Below, piece after piece: positions 1-13,511 of a stretch of 64,000 nucleotides of DNA. The first letter of the stretch is position 1, and the number at the start of each line of letters is the position of its first letter. The stretch is taken from positions 3,286,001 to 3,350,000 of the forward strand of contig JANJGN010000036.1 of assembly GCA_026770705.1 (NCBI GenBank), read 5' to 3'. Under the pieces are notes generated by a model. The model saw only the letters and a program-made list of their open reading frames with translations. It had not been told where the DNA came from and searched no databases. The position numbers and the translations under genes were made by a program. This stretch comes from Isurus oxyrinchus (lineage: Eukaryota).

Positions 1-130
1 TCGAAGGGTCATGAGGACTCGAAACGTGAACTCTTTTCTTCTCCGCCGATGCTGCCAGACCTGCTGAGTTTTTCCGGGTAATTCTGTTTTTGTTTTGGAT
101 TTCCAGCATCCGCAGTTTTGTTTTGTTTTT
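1..130 (+). mobile_element. Penelope-like element terminal (pLTR) fragment, cut by the window edge
   Basis: Reverse complement of the terminal segment at 12730-12850 that is attached to GIY-YIG-coding sequence. Confidence 0.8.
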
Positions 131-1289
131 ATCAACCATGTCCATTCTATTTCCAACATTGTTGCCCTCGCAGTCAAAACCTGCAGAGGGAGCACTTGTC
201 CAGAGAGATTTCTTTTCCATAAAACAAAGGAAACTGCGGATTTCTTTTCCACTCTGTCTTGTGTTCACATCTTCTCTCGCTGTCAATAGAAGTTCTTGCA
301 GATCTTTCCACACAATGAAATGATTCATTCTTCCGAAAGAGGGAGAGAGAGAGAGAAAATAAATTGGCTACAAAATATCAAAAGATTCAGATGAAATTTG
401 AATCAGCAAGATTCAGCAATCTGCATAACAAGAGCCAAAGCTCCATTTGTAATTTCCATACATAATCTCCCTGTACCTGCCAAATATCAGCAAATATCAT
501 CTCCCAATCTACATATACGTTCATATAAACCTAATATTCCCTAAAATAAATTATGTTCAATCACGAAATATTATTGTCCATCTCTCAACGGGCATTCATT
601 TCAAAGTCTTCCACCATCAGTCAAACTCATTTGAATCCCTAAATATTTCTTGTCCTTCTCTCAAAGTATGTTAATCGAAAACTCTTCTGTTACTTTGTAA
701 ACGCATGCAATTCCCTAAATATCCTTGTGCTTCTTCCTCTCTCTACCTGCACCGGCCATTAAAGACTCTGAGATAATTGCGTTATTCTAATTCTCTCCTC
801 CTGCGCACCCCTTGCCTTAATTGTTCCAAGGTTGCCTCCTGTGCCTTTAGCTGCTTTAACACTAAGCTCTAGAATTAGTTTCCCGAACATCTCCACATCC
901 CTAAATCTCTTTCCTGTTCTAAGCTGTCCCTTTAATTCTGAGTTTTATCAAGTTTCCAGTCACCTGACCTTATATCAACTTGTGTAGTTCAATGTTAAGC
1001 GTTCAATAACATTCTGCAAGAAATAATGTTTTTGCAAAGCGCCTAGGAACATTTGAACAGGTGAAGGCCATTCAGCCCATCGAGCATGCACCACCAATCA
1101 AAGCTATCATAGCCGATCTAACACTTCAATGCCGTTTACCCACACCATCTCCATAGCTCTTTACATTATGGTTAATCATAAATCTATCAATCTGAGGGTT
1201 TTTTGCTGCTTTAAACACATTTTACAAATGTAAACTATTGTTACCCTGGTCAAATAAATTCTAAAAGTACTGGCAGAATATGGAATGCA

Positions 1290-3100
1290 TACAGACTGAA
1301 CTCAATCTATGGTGTACCATCAATTCTCCTCATGGCAGGAACGGAATTAGTTACATCAAGATTAAAGCTCCCTTTGCAACTCCCAGTCAAATGGCCCAGG
1401 GAAAGAGTGTAGCGTAAATGCAGATATGTGCACCCTCAATTATAACCAATGAAAGAGTTCTATGAAATGTAAAAGTGCATGTGTTAACTGCAGAGTTTAG
1501 TTCCTTGTACACAGTCACCTCAAAGTATTCCAATTAGATACAGCACTATTAAAACATAGAGAATCCATTCCATGCTCTCCTATTTAACACTAAATCTCAA
1601 AATGTACAATGCAGGTTAGATGCATATTAATCATTCTTCTAAAATCTAAGATCGTAAAGCATAACATAAGTATAGATTAATCTTCCCCAGAAATGTCACA
1701 TCAACCATGATCCGAGCAAGGGTTCAATTCTGATTTAAACTCCATTTGCATCATCCCATCAAATTATGCAAGAACAGGTGAAGCACAGGTTAGATACAGA
1801 GTAAAACTGCCTCTATACACTGCTCCACTAAACACTCCTCTGGAAGGAACAACAGGGGTTGGATACAGAGTATATTCCCTCTATACACTGTTCAATAAAG
1901 CACCCCATGGACATTTAGCAGGGGTTAGACATAGCTTAGGTACAGAGGCATGTCTGTCCCTTCAAATGCTGCCAGGAATGGTGCAGAACTGGATAGGTGC
2001 AGCGTAATATTCCCTCTACACTGGATGACAATTACAAGGGCAAGTAAAACATGGCTTTGATGCAGTGCACAGTTCACTTTTAAATGTCACAACATCAAAT
2101 CATGGACAGGTATAGCTTGATGATAAATTGCTTACAAGAACTTCAGCACTTCCCATTACATTTATGACATGTACAGCTGGGTACACATAGAAGTATAATG
2201 CCTCATTTACACTATCTCTGAAACATCTCAGGGCAGGTGCAGCGCCACGTAGGCACACAGTAACGTTGTCTCTATTTTGTCCCATCAAACACCCAGTTCA
2301 GTTACAGAACAGTTTAGATGCAAAGTAAATTTCCCTGGATGCTCTAAGATCAGCTTCATGGAAAATCAAGCAGCTATTGGAAAGAGAATAAATCTCCTGC
2401 TGTACCGTCCCAACAAACAAAACCAAGGCGTGCTGATCTAACACAGATGGATAAAGAATAAAACTCACTCAACAATGTCACGTAAAACACTTCCAGGACA
2501 GGCACAGCAAGTGGTTAGATACAGACTGAATCTCCTTCAACACTGCCCACATCACCTCCCTCAGGACAGCTGCAGCACAGGGTTAGATACAGAGTAAAAC
2601 TCCCCCTGCGCTGTCCCCATCAAACACTCCCAGGGCAGGTATAGATCGGGGTTAGAAACAAAGTAAATCTCCCTCTACACTGTCCACATCAAACTCTCCG
2701 AGGGCATGTAAAGCACAGGGCTAGATACAGAGTAATTCTTCCTCTACATTGCCCCCTTCAAACACTAGTAGGGTAGATACAGCATGGGGTTAGATGCAGA
2801 GCAAAGATCCCTCTACACTGCCCCATCAAATACTCCCGAGCGGGTACAGTAGCGGTTAGATACAGAGTACATCCTCATCGACAATGCCCCATCGAACATC
2901 GATATGCTCGGGACCGAATGGGTCGGATATACAGACAAGCTTCCTCTACTCTGTCCCATGAAAAATGCCAGGACAATTACAGCACGCTTGAGACATAGAA
3001 TAAAGCAACCTCCATATTGTCCCACCAACATTCACATGAATGGTCAAGAAGAGTTTCAATGTAGGTTAAAACTCATTCTCTAATGCCACATCAAGCGATC
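1290..3100 (-). repeat. Degenerate tandem array of the ~68-bp shark SINE-tail-like unit
   Basis: Repeated GGGTTAGATACAGAGTAAAACTCCCTCTACACTGTCCCCATCAAACACTCCCAGG; best conserved at 2480-3030. Confidence 0.85.
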
Positions 3101-3303
3101 CTCGATGAAGTACCACTCCACGGTCAGCACTGCCTGGTTCCGCGCTCCAGTCCAGTAAGGAGATCTTTGTAACAAGCTGTTTCACCAAATATGTCCAATC
3201 TTAGACCCAGGGAATGTGTCCAGTCTCTGCTAATCAAAAGAAGTGCTCATGACGGAGTCCTATTGCCCAAAGCGAGATCTTTGCCTGAGATAATTCCAAT
3301 GTG

Positions 3304-3508
3304 AAACAAAACCAGAATTACCTGGAAAAACTCAGTAGGTCTGGCAGCATCGGCGGAGAAGAAAAGAGTTGACGTTTCGAGTCCTCATGACCCTTCGACA
3401 GAACTTGAGTGAGTCCAAGAAAGGGGTGAAATATCAGCTGGTTTAAGGTGTGTGGGGTGGGGGGAGAGAGAGTGAAGTGGAGGGGGTTTGTGTGGTTGAA
3501 GGGACAAA
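3304..3508 (-). mobile_element. Short Penelope-like insertion (terminus only)
   Basis: Same terminal sequence as the copies at 9506 and 12720; flanked by the direct repeat CAATGTG (3297-3303 and 3509-3515), a probable TSD. Confidence 0.82.
3367..3405 (-). ncRNA. Minimal type I hammerhead ribozyme motif in PLE terminus
   Basis: AGUU-CUGUCGA-A-GGGUC-AUGAG-GACUC-GAAAC-GUC-AACU: stem I AGUU/AACU, stem II GGGUC/GACUC, GAAA and a GUC cleavage triplet. Confidence 0.68.
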
Positions 3509-5329
3509 CAATGTGGTTGGATGACTGTGTTTAGTGGTCTCGAGTGCGTCTGGAACCACTTCTGCTTCTGCTATTTCATACGAAGTGATGCAAAGACACT
3601 TGCTATCTCTCCAAAACTGTCCTCAGCTCTTTTCAACTCCTGCAATTCTGAGGTATGGAACTCGCAACCGACCAATGAAAAACAGTAAACTGGGTAATAA
3701 TAGAATTTGTCAGCCTTATTAATATATTTTATATGCCATATCGCCTCCTGCATGCGGTCCCCTACTTGTCCACTCTCCCTACTGTGTAAAACATTGAAGT
3801 GAGGCAGCTGGAGGCGGTTTGAAGATGCTTTTGAGATTCCTACTGGGCATTGCACAGAGGGACAATGGCTTGAGTGGGGATGGGGTGGGGGTGGAGATCT
3901 GGGGATATTATTATGCAGCACTGTCAGTCTGGTCTCTGTAACACAACGCCTCAGAGAATGCTTGATATGAAATAAGAATTGTAAATCTAGCCAATGTATA
4001 AATGTATTGATGACCCTCAGAGTGCCACACACTAAATTGAAAGAGAGTGAACTGTATTGCACTTTATGTCAACGTGGGAGCCATGTAATGCACCCTCACA
4101 GATTGCCTAAATAAAGTGGATTCTTTGGAAAGCTAGTTGCAGTTCCCAGCCTTCTCGTNNNNNNNNNNNNNNNNNNNNNNNNNNNNNNNNNNNNNNNNNN
4201 NNNNNNNNNNNNNNNNNNNNNNNNNNNNNNNNNNNNNNNNNNNNNNNNNNNNNNNNNNNNNNNNNNNNNNNNNNNNNNNNNNNNNNNNNNNNNNNNNNNN
4301 NNNNNNNNNNNNNNNNNNNNNNNNNNNNNNNACAGGGTCCTCGGGGATGAGCCTGGGCAGAAACCAATGCAGCTCGATCCCGGGCAGCTTGGTAAATGTA
4401 CATCGCAGCATTTCACCTGTCCTGTTCCTCCATCTGATCACAGGGCATCTGCACTTTAATTCTTCCCCCCTCCCCCGTCCCCACCTCCTTGTGTCCAATG
4501 TTTTCAGTATCTAAACTCCTGCCAGCACTGATCTGAGATCCCTGTCCTGAAACATGAAGCCAGTTGCAATCTCATTGGCACCGGTACAGTTTGAACTAAA
4601 AAGAGCTGCACTCACTCAGCATGTCCAATGGACACAAGAGGCTGTCCAATGGACACAAGAGGCTGTCTGGTCATTGGAAATATAATCAGTAACAAACACT
4701 ATTGGAAGAAAATGATGAAGTTTGAACCTTATGGAATGTAATATAATCTTTACCTGGTTTAACCCAGTGGGAACAAGTTGTGGAAGGAATGTTCCTGAGC
4801 TGCTCTCTGCTGAATTTAAAGTTGCATCTCTCTCAACTCCATTGTTCGTGGGGTGTGAGGCTGGTGTGGAGGGCAGACTGGGGGAAGGGAGAAACAGACA
4901 GAGAGATTGCCCTGGGCTAAACCATTTGCCTGGTGGTTTTCACCCCTCCCAGTCACACAGAGATTCCTGTTGGGCTGTTCCCCACCTTGGGTAGGGGTGT
5001 CTCAGGTGTAGAGAGCTGTAAACTGGTTGGATGGGGTAGATTTGGGCGGTGTGGTGTGCTTGAGAGACAGATATGGGGATATAAAACGCCTGGAGCATCC
5101 ATTGTTTGTTCTTGGGTAAGTAACATTGTCTGAGGTGAGATTTGTATATCTGTCTGTCTGTCTGTCTGTTGCCTGAACCAAGTCCCAGCTCTGGTCTTTT
5201 AAACTCCCCACCCAGCCCAAACCCCCAGGCCCAGGGTCTCTCTCTGCACCAAGGGAGGAGATGGGAGGAGTGTGGGCCCATCAAAGGATGTCAGAACCTA
5301 TATATTGGTGAGTATGAAATGCTTTAATT

Positions 5330-7960
5330 TCTCTGCCTCTCACTGTCTCTGTCTCTCTGCTGCACTCTCTCTATCTCTCCCTTTTTTTCCTTTCTCTCTC
5401 TCTGCCTCTCTCTATGTCTGTCTCTCTCTGCCTCTCAATCTCTCTCTCTGCCTCTATGTCTCTGTCTCTCCATCTCACTCTTTGTCTTTCTCTCTCTGCC
5501 ATACTCTCTCTGCCTCCCCCTGCCACACTTTCTCTCTCTCTCTGCCTCACTCTGTCTTTTTCCTTTTCCTTCTGACTTTTCTCTTTTTCCCTCTGACTTT
5601 TCTTTTTCCCTCTGAAATTTCCCCTCTGAATTTTTTCTTTTCCCCGGCTTTCCTTTCCCCTCTGACTTTTTCCTTTCCCCTCTGACTTTCCCCCTCTGTC
5701 TTTACCCCTCTGTCTTTTCCTCTCTGTCTTTCCCCCCCTGTCTTTTCCCTCTGTCTTTTCTCTTTTTCCCTGACTTTTTCCCTCTGACATTTTCCCTCTG
5801 ACTTTTCTCTTTTTCCTTCCGTCTTTTACCCTTTTTCCCTCTTGCACTCTATTCCCTCTCTCACTCTATTCCCTCTCTGTCTCCCTTCACTCCTCTCTTT
5901 CTGTCTAACTCCCATCCTCTCTAACCTCCCTGCTTTACTCCTCTCCCCCTTCTCCAATTCTCCCGTGTCTAACTCCTCTCAATCTCCACCCCTTCCCTGT
6001 CAAACTCCACCCCCACTTCCCTGTCCAAATCAGGGTCCCCCATTCTGTGTCCAACTCCACTGCCCCCCTCCACTTTCCGGCCAAACTCCACCCCCATGCC
6101 CTGTCCAACTCGAACATCCCCTTGCTGTGTCTAATTCCCTCTCCTGTGTCTAATTCCCTCTCCTGTGTCTAATATCCTCTCCTGTGTCGAACATCCTCTC
6201 CTGTGTCTAATTCCCTCTCCTGTGTCTAATATCCTCTCCTGTGTCGAACATCCTCTCCTGTGTCTAATTCCCTCTCTCCAATTCCCTCTCTCCAATTCCC
6301 TCTCTCTCTGTTTAATTCCCCCCTCTCTAATTACTCTCTCTCTCTCTGGCTAATTTCTCTTTTTTCCTCAGACTGTTCTCTTTTTCCTTCTGGCTTTTCT
6401 CTTTTTCCCTCTGACTTTTCCCTTTTCCCTCTGACTTTTCCCTCTGTAGTCTTTTCCCTCCCTTTATTCCCTCTCTATTCCCTCTCTATGCCTTCTCTCC
6501 CTCTCTCTATCCCCGCTCTCTAACTCCACTTCTCTTTCTGTCTAACTCCTGTCCTCTCTCTGTCTAACTCAGTATCTCTGTCTAACTCTCCTTCCTCTCT
6601 CTCTGTCTAACTCTCCCTCCTCTCTCTCTGTCTAACTCCCCTCCCCTCTTTCTGTCTAACTCCCCCTCCCCCTCTGTCTAACTCCCCCTACTCTCCCTAA
6701 CTCCCCTCCTCTCTAACTACCCTCCCCCTTCTCTTCCCCCCATCTAACTCCTCTCCAACTCCCTGTCCAAGTCCACAACCCCTCCGTCCAACAACCCCCT
6801 CTTTGTTTCATCCCCATCCTCTGTCTCATTCCCTTGTCTAATTCTCCCCTCCTGTCTAATTCTACCCTCTTGTGTCTAATTCTCCCCTCTTGTGTCTAAT
6901 TCCCTCTCCTGTGTCTAATTCCCTCTCCTGTGTCTAATTCCACTCTCTCCTGTGTCTAATTCCACTCTCTCCTGTATCTAATTCCCTGTCCTGTGTGTAA
7001 TTCCACCCTCTCCTGTGTCTTAATTCCACTCTCTCCTGTGTCTAATTCCACCGTCTCCTATGTCTAATTCCACCCTCTCCTGTGTCTAATTCCACTCTTT
7101 CCTGTGTCTAATTCCACTCTCTCCTGTGTCTAATTCCATTCTTTCCTGTATCTAATTCCACTTTCTCCTGTGTCTAATTACTCTCTCTGTCTAATTTCTC
7201 TTTTTCCCTCTGATTTTTCTCTTTTTCCCTGTCTTCTTCCCTCTGACTTTTCCCTTTTCCCTCTGTAGTCTTTTCCCTCCCTCTATTCCCTCTCTATTCC
7301 CTCTCTCCCTCTCTCTATTCCCTCTCTCTAACTCCCCTCCTCTTTCTGTCTAACTCCTGTCCTCTCTCTGTCTAACTCAGTCTCTCTGTCGAACTCCCCT
7401 TCCCCTCTCTCTAACTCCCCTCCCCTCTCTCTGTCTAACTCCCCTCCCCCTCTGTCTAACTCCCCTCCCCTCTCTCTAACTTCCCTCCCCTCCTCTGTCT
7501 AACTCCCCTCTCCTCTGTCTAACTTCCCTCCCCTCTCTCTGTCTAACTCCCCCTACTCTCCCTAACTCCCCTCCTCTCTAACTCCCTCCCCCCACTTCTC
7601 TAATTCCACCCCTGTCCAACTCCTCTCCAACTCCCTGTCTAACTTCAGCCCGTCCCTGTCTAACAACTCACATTGTCTCATCCCCATCCTCTGTCTAATC
7701 CCCTTGTCTAATTCCCCCTCCTGTCTAATTGCCGCTCCTGTCTAATTCCCCTTCGTGTCTAAATTCCCACTCCCCTCATCTAATTAACCCTCTCTTTCTA
7801 ATTCCACTCTCTCCAATTCCCTCTCTAACTATAATTCCCCCTCTTTAATTATTCTCTCTCTCTGTGTAATTCCCTCCATCTCTGTGTCTAAATCCTCACC
7901 CTATCTGTCTAATTACTGCCCCCCCTTGTCTAATTCCGCCCCTCCTGTGTATAATTTTAA
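5330..7960 (+). repeat. Pyrimidine-rich low-complexity/minisatellite block (TCTAAYTCC units) with internal duplication
   Basis: Repeated TGTCTAATTCC / TGTCTAACTCC units; about 6330-6900 recurs at about 7175-7740. Confidence 0.9.
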
Positions 7961-8314
7961 TGACCCCTCTAACCCGACCCCAGCCCCCAGTGAGGGAGCA
8001 GAGACGTCAAGAGGGAAAGATGAAACTGGGCTGGAATTAGGCTCGGTGTCATGGTGCAAACTGGATGCTTGGCAATGTCTGCTCCCTTTACACATCCCTC
8101 CCCCTGTTTCCACAACCTAATGGGAATAAACCTCGGCAGAGATGGCAAACAGGATGATCTGAATCATTCTCACCCCTATAATACCGTGGCAACGAGTCCA
8201 ACTCTCCCCCAGACAGAGGGACAGAGACACACAAAGAAGAGAGTTCCAGGGAGATAGGCAGAACTGAGAGCGACAGAGATAGTTTCCCTCTCCCTGCCTG
8301 AGAGCAGAGAAAGC

Positions 8315-8605
8315 GAGAGATGGGCAGACAGAGAGCAAGGGATGGGCGAACAGAGAGAGCGTGAGATGGGCAGACAGAGAGAGCGCGAGATGGGCAGACA
8401 GAGAGAGCGTGAGATGGGCAGACAGAGTGAGTGAGAGATGGGCAGACAGAGTGAGTGAGAGATGGGCAGACAGAGAGAGCGCGAGATGGGCAGACAGAGA
8501 GAGAGCGCGAGATGGGCAAACAGAGAGATCAAGAGATATACAGAGTGAGAGTGAGAGATGGGCAGAGAGTGAGAGCGAGAGATGGACAGAGAGAGCGAGA
8601 GATGT
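8315..8605 (+). repeat. 24-bp purine-rich minisatellite (GAGATGGGCAGACAGAGAGAGCGC)
   Basis: About 11 tandem copies; produces the RWADRESA repeat ORFs. Confidence 0.9.
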
Positions 8606-9505
8606 AGAGACAGAGCATGCTGCTGTGATGTAGATCAAAACAATGATCCACAGAGAGAGAGAGAAAGATGTGCAGAGAGAGAAAGATGCTGAGAGGCTGA
8701 GAGACAATGTGAGATGTAGAGAGAAATAGAGGAGCTGAGGTGGGGGGAGATTGGAAAGAACTGAGTGACAAAGTTTCAGAGAGAGAGATGCAGAGAGATT
8801 TGTAGGAAGGGATAAAAAGTGAAACTTATCATAATTCAGAGAGGTCGAGATACAAAGGATGTGGAGAGATGCGATTTGAAAGAACGATGTGAGGAAACAG
8901 TGAGGAACATGGAGGGAGGAGCAGAGATAGAGTCGCAGGAAGAGGTGGAGGGATTGAACTCAGTGGGATTATATTGGGATCGCTGCAGCACTGTCTCTTA
9001 ACCTGGACCCCCTGAGTAACATCCCCCTTCCCCAACCTCCTGACACTGAACCCAAGCACAGTGTGAAAATTCCACAAGTCCTTTCTCTGGGAATAGGAAT
9101 GAGTGACAAAGACACGGATACATTTTTATTATTAGTTTTCTCTCTGGTTTTAGCTCTTGTCCGAGGATTCCTCGCGGCAAATCGATTCCCTCTCTGCATC
9201 GTCAATGCTCAGCTTCCAAATCCATTCTCCTTGGGACAGAGAGAGAGAGAAATGGAAATTGTTTAAAATAAAGCAAAGATTATTGAAACAAAAAGGACAG
9301 AGCAAGATCCCAGGGCTCTTCTCACTCACTTACATCCACAATCTCGGACAGGGCGGTGGACGGGGGGAGAGGCACCATTTGAAAAACACATCCCCTGTTA
9401 TTAAACACAGAAAATTGGGAAGAGATTTAAAAGCAGATAAAGGTGTAAATGCCTCGTGACCACCCGTCTCCCTCTGTCTTTAACCTGCCAGCTCCAGCTG
9501 CTTTA

Positions 9506-10567
9506 AAACAAAAACAGAATTACCTGGAAAAACTCAGCAGGTCTGGCAGCATTGGCGGAGAAGAAAAGAGTTGACGTTTCGAGTCCTCATGACCCTTCGA
9601 CAGAACTTGATTTCGAGTCCAAGAAAGAGTTGAAATATAAGCTGGTTTAAGGTGTGTGTGTGGGGGGGCGGAGAGATAGGGAGAGAGAGAGGTGGTTGTG
9701 TAGACAAACAAGCAGTGATAGAAGCAGATCATCAAAAGATGTCAGCGACAATGGTACAATAGAACACATAGGTGTTAAAGTTAAAGTTGGTGATATTATC
9801 TAAACGAATGTGCTAATTAAGAATGGATGGTAGGGCACTCAAGGTACAGCTCTAGTGGGGGTGGGGGGAGCATAAAAGATTTTAAAATATTTAAAAATAA
9901 TGGAAATAGGTGGGAAAAGAAAAATCTATAAAATTTATAGGGAAAAAAAAGGGGAAAAAGGGGGAAACAGAAAGGGGGTGGGGATGGGGAAGGGAGCTCA
10001 CGACCTAAAGTTGTTGAATTCAATATTCAGACCGGAAGGCTGTAAAGTGCCTAGTCGGAAGATGAGGTGCTGTTCCTCCAGTTTGCATTGGGCTTCACTG
10101 GAACAATGCAGCAAGCCAAGGACAGACATGTGGGCAAGAGAGCAGGGTGGAGTGTTAAAATGGCAAGCGACAGGGAGGTTTGGGTCATTCTTGAGGACAG
10201 ACCGCAGGTGTTCTGCAAAGCGGTCACCCAGTTTACGTTTGGTCTCTCCAGTGTAGAGGAGACCACATTGGGAGCAACGAATGCAGTAGACTAAGTTGGG
10301 GGAAATGCAAGTGAAATGCTGCTTCACTTGAAAGGAGTGTTTGGGCCATTGGATGGTGAGGAGAGAGGAAGTGAAGGGGCAGGTGTTACATCTTTTGCGT
10401 GGGCATGGGGTGGTGCCATAGGAGGAGGTTGAGGAGTAGGGGGTGATGGAGGAGTGGACCAGGGTGCCCCGGAGGGAGCGATCCCTACGGAATGCCGATA
10501 AGGGGGGTGAAGGGAAGATATGTTTGGTGGTGGCATCATGCTGGAGTTGGCGGAAATGGTGGAGGAT
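9506..10567 (-). mobile_element. 5'-truncated Penelope-like retroelement with GIY-YIG endonuclease coding region
   Basis: ORF 9998-10327 FTCISPNLVYCIRCSQCGLLYTGETKRKLGDRFAEH...VACHFN...GLN shows the PLE GIY-YIG signature. TSD GCTGCTTTA at 9497-9505 and 10568-10576. Confidence 0.92.
9569..9607 (-). ncRNA. Minimal type I hammerhead ribozyme motif in PLE terminus
   Basis: Same 39-nt motif as 3367-3405. Confidence 0.68.
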
Positions 10568-12815
10568 GCTGCTTTACTGCCTCTTTGTAAAAAACACACA
10601 AACACTCATTAATTCCCCCTCACCGTCCCGCTCCCATTCACTGCCCCCACCCCCTCTATCTGCTCACTCCAGGGCTGCTGCTGTTTGGACACAAAATATT
10701 CACATTGCACTTTCCACTTCTAACACTGTCACCTCTCCCTCTCCCTTTCTCACTCTGTTTCTCTCCCCCTCTCTCTGTAAACATCTAGCCCACTCCATCC
10801 CTGCTAATATTTCCCTCTCGCTCTCTCTCCCGCTTGATAATCTGTCGCTATCTCTGTTCTTTTTCCATTCTTCAGGATTGAACTTGATTGAAAGGCACTC
10901 TGAAAAGTACCTCTCTGACCATTTGAAATAATGATGCACTGTGGCCATGTTTTATATTTATCGATGATTTACTGAGAAATGGGGGGGGCGGAAATGAGAA
11001 CAATCCTTAATCAGCTCGTCAGTAAACTGAACTCAGGGAAGGTAGCCATGGTTGCAGTGCAGGACAGGCTGCAGGCCAGACATGCACAGCAAGATCCCAT
11101 AAGCAAGGTGATTGTAGCCATGTATCCTTCCCCCCGCCCCACGCCCAGAAATGCCTAATCTTCCTCTTTTAGACTGGGGTCAGGTGGGGTGGGGAAATGA
11201 TTGTTTTGCAAAACGTTTGAAGACTTCAGAGAAAACACTGAGTGGAATTAAACCCACAATCCCCACCCCGTCTTATTCATCACCTGGCCTTCAACACAGG
11301 GAAGATAACAATAAATAAACAATTTAAAAATAACTAGCACAGTGGCACATTTAGACATTCAATTCAAGGAGCTCAAACATTGGACAGTCAATACATTAAT
11401 GTTTACAATTGCAGCGCACAGCAGGATCCCACAAAGAGCACCACGAGGGACATGGCCACAATGCAGAAACTCCAGATCCTGTGTCTCCCTCATAACCGCC
11501 CCTCCTTCCATCTGTTACCTCTCCACTCAATATTTCCCTCAATCTATCCTCTTTCCCACCTCTCCCCCTCTCTCCCGCTCTCTGTTTCTCACATGCCAGA
11601 ATATGGAGAGGCAGAGAGAGAGAGAGAGAGAAAACCACAGTCAGGGCCTCAATAAACTCCGTTCAAAATGGTTCCTGCACATTTCATTAAAGCCTCAATT
11701 CATCGCAGTGTCTAAAACAGCAGCATTATTCAGGGAAACAGCTTCATGTGAACAAGTTTCACTTCAGGCCCTCCTGCCTGCTTCACCAGTCAGTGAATTA
11801 ATTTTCAAATTGTGCTCCCTGCTGGTCATTTGGGAAACCCTGTTGGTGTTTGCGCACAGAAAGATCCCACACATTGCAGTGTGCTCACAGTCTGATCAAA
11901 ATGGTTTAGGTTGAGAATTGGTGAAAAGGCAAGGCAGGGAAATATCTTTAAACAAAATAGCACAGATTGGCCCCTCAGTGACACAGTTTCTTTTCACAAA
12001 TCCAACATTCTGGATGGTTGAGATTGAGGGTCTTTTCTCCAGAGACTGGGAGCCGGGCAGTGACTGCACGCCAGAGACCCCCAAATCCTCATCTCTTCCA
12101 TCCCTGCCCCTCCATCTCCCTGTTTCCCTCCCTCTCCCCTTTCTCTCCCCCTCCCTGATAACTCACAATTGAAAGAGAGAGAGGCAGCAAGAAAACGCAC
12201 AATCACATCCTCAATCAAATGAATTCAAGAGGCTGCTGCACATTTTGTTTCACCGTCATATTCATCTCCTAAAACACGGGCCTTATTGGGAAGTTCAGAC
12301 AATGCTCAACCCCTCCCCCAAGGGCCCTGAAATTAGGTCGTGAATTGGGCCCAGTCACAGATTGTGCATTAAATCTCAGGGACAGGAACAGGCCCCAGTC
12401 TAACAGAACATTCCTCTCCCTCCACAGCTCAGCCCAAACCTCACAGACAGGGCTGGAGGTCGTGAGAGGAAAATGGGACCCACTCCCCATCAACCCCCAC
12501 TCCAACCCCCTCACACCCCACCCCCCACCCCAACCCCCTCCACCCACCACCCCACAATTCAAATAAAGACAAATCACACTGGGACTTTTCTATCAGTTTA
12601 CTACAAGATGAAGTAGAGAAAGAAATGTCTGGAAAGAGAGAGGGAGAGAGAAAGCTGGAGTGACAGAGACAGGGAAAATCCACCCCCTCCCCCAGAAACC
12701 CTCAACCTCCCACAAAGACAAAAACAAAAAAACTGCCGATGCTGGAAATCCAAAACAAAAACAGAATTACCTGGAAAAACTCAGCAGGTCTGGCAGCATC
12801 GGCGGAGAAGAAAAG

Positions 12816-12854
12816 AGTTGACGTTTCGAGTCCTCATGACCCTTCGACAGAACT
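12816..12854 (-). ncRNA. Minimal type I hammerhead ribozyme motif in PLE terminus
   Basis: Same 39-nt motif as 3367-3405. Confidence 0.68.
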
Positions 12855-13472
12855 TGATTTCGAGTTCAAGAAAGAGTTGAAATATAAGCTGGTTTAAGGT
12901 GTGTGGGATTTTAAAATATTTAAAAATAATGGAAATAGTTGGGAATAGAAAAATCTATATAATTTATTGGAAAGAAAAGGAAGGGGGAAACAGAGAGGGG
13001 GTGGGGATGGGGGAGGGAGCTCACGACCTAAAGTTGTTGAATTCAATATTCAGACCGGAAGGCTGTAAAGTGCCTAGTCGGAAGATGAGGTGTTGTTCCT
13101 CCAGTTTGCGTTGGGCTTCACTGGAACAATGCAGCAAGCCAAGGACAGACATGTGGGCAAGAGAGCAGGGTGGAGTGTTAAAATGGCAAGCGACAGGGAG
13201 GTTTGGGTCATTCTTGCGGACTGACCGCAGGTGTTCTGCAAAATGGTCGCCCAGTTTACGTTTGGTCTCTCCAATGTAGAGGAGACCACATTGGGAGCAA
13301 CGAATGCAGTAGACTAAGTTGGGGGAAATGCAAGTGAAATGCTGCTTCACTTGAAAGGAGTGTTTGGGCCCTTGGACCCCCTCCTCTCTCTCCGCACCCC
13401 CCCCCCCCCCCTGCCCCCCCACACACACCTTAATCCAGCTTATATTTCAACTCTTTTCTGGACTCAAACTCA

Positions 13473-13511
13473 AGTTCTGTCGAAGGGTCATGAGGACTCG
13501 AAACGTCAACG
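13473..13511 (+). ncRNA. Minimal type I hammerhead ribozyme motif in the inverted pLTR
   Basis: agttCTGTCGAagggtcatgaggactcGAAACGTCaacg; stem I is one pair shorter. Confidence 0.64.

Noticed and set aside
9057-11345. Isolated CACAGTG heptamers (about 9057, 11338; also about 34277, 49270) as extra RSSs
   Set aside because: No nonamer at 12 or 23 nt and no adjacent V/J-like coding sequence.
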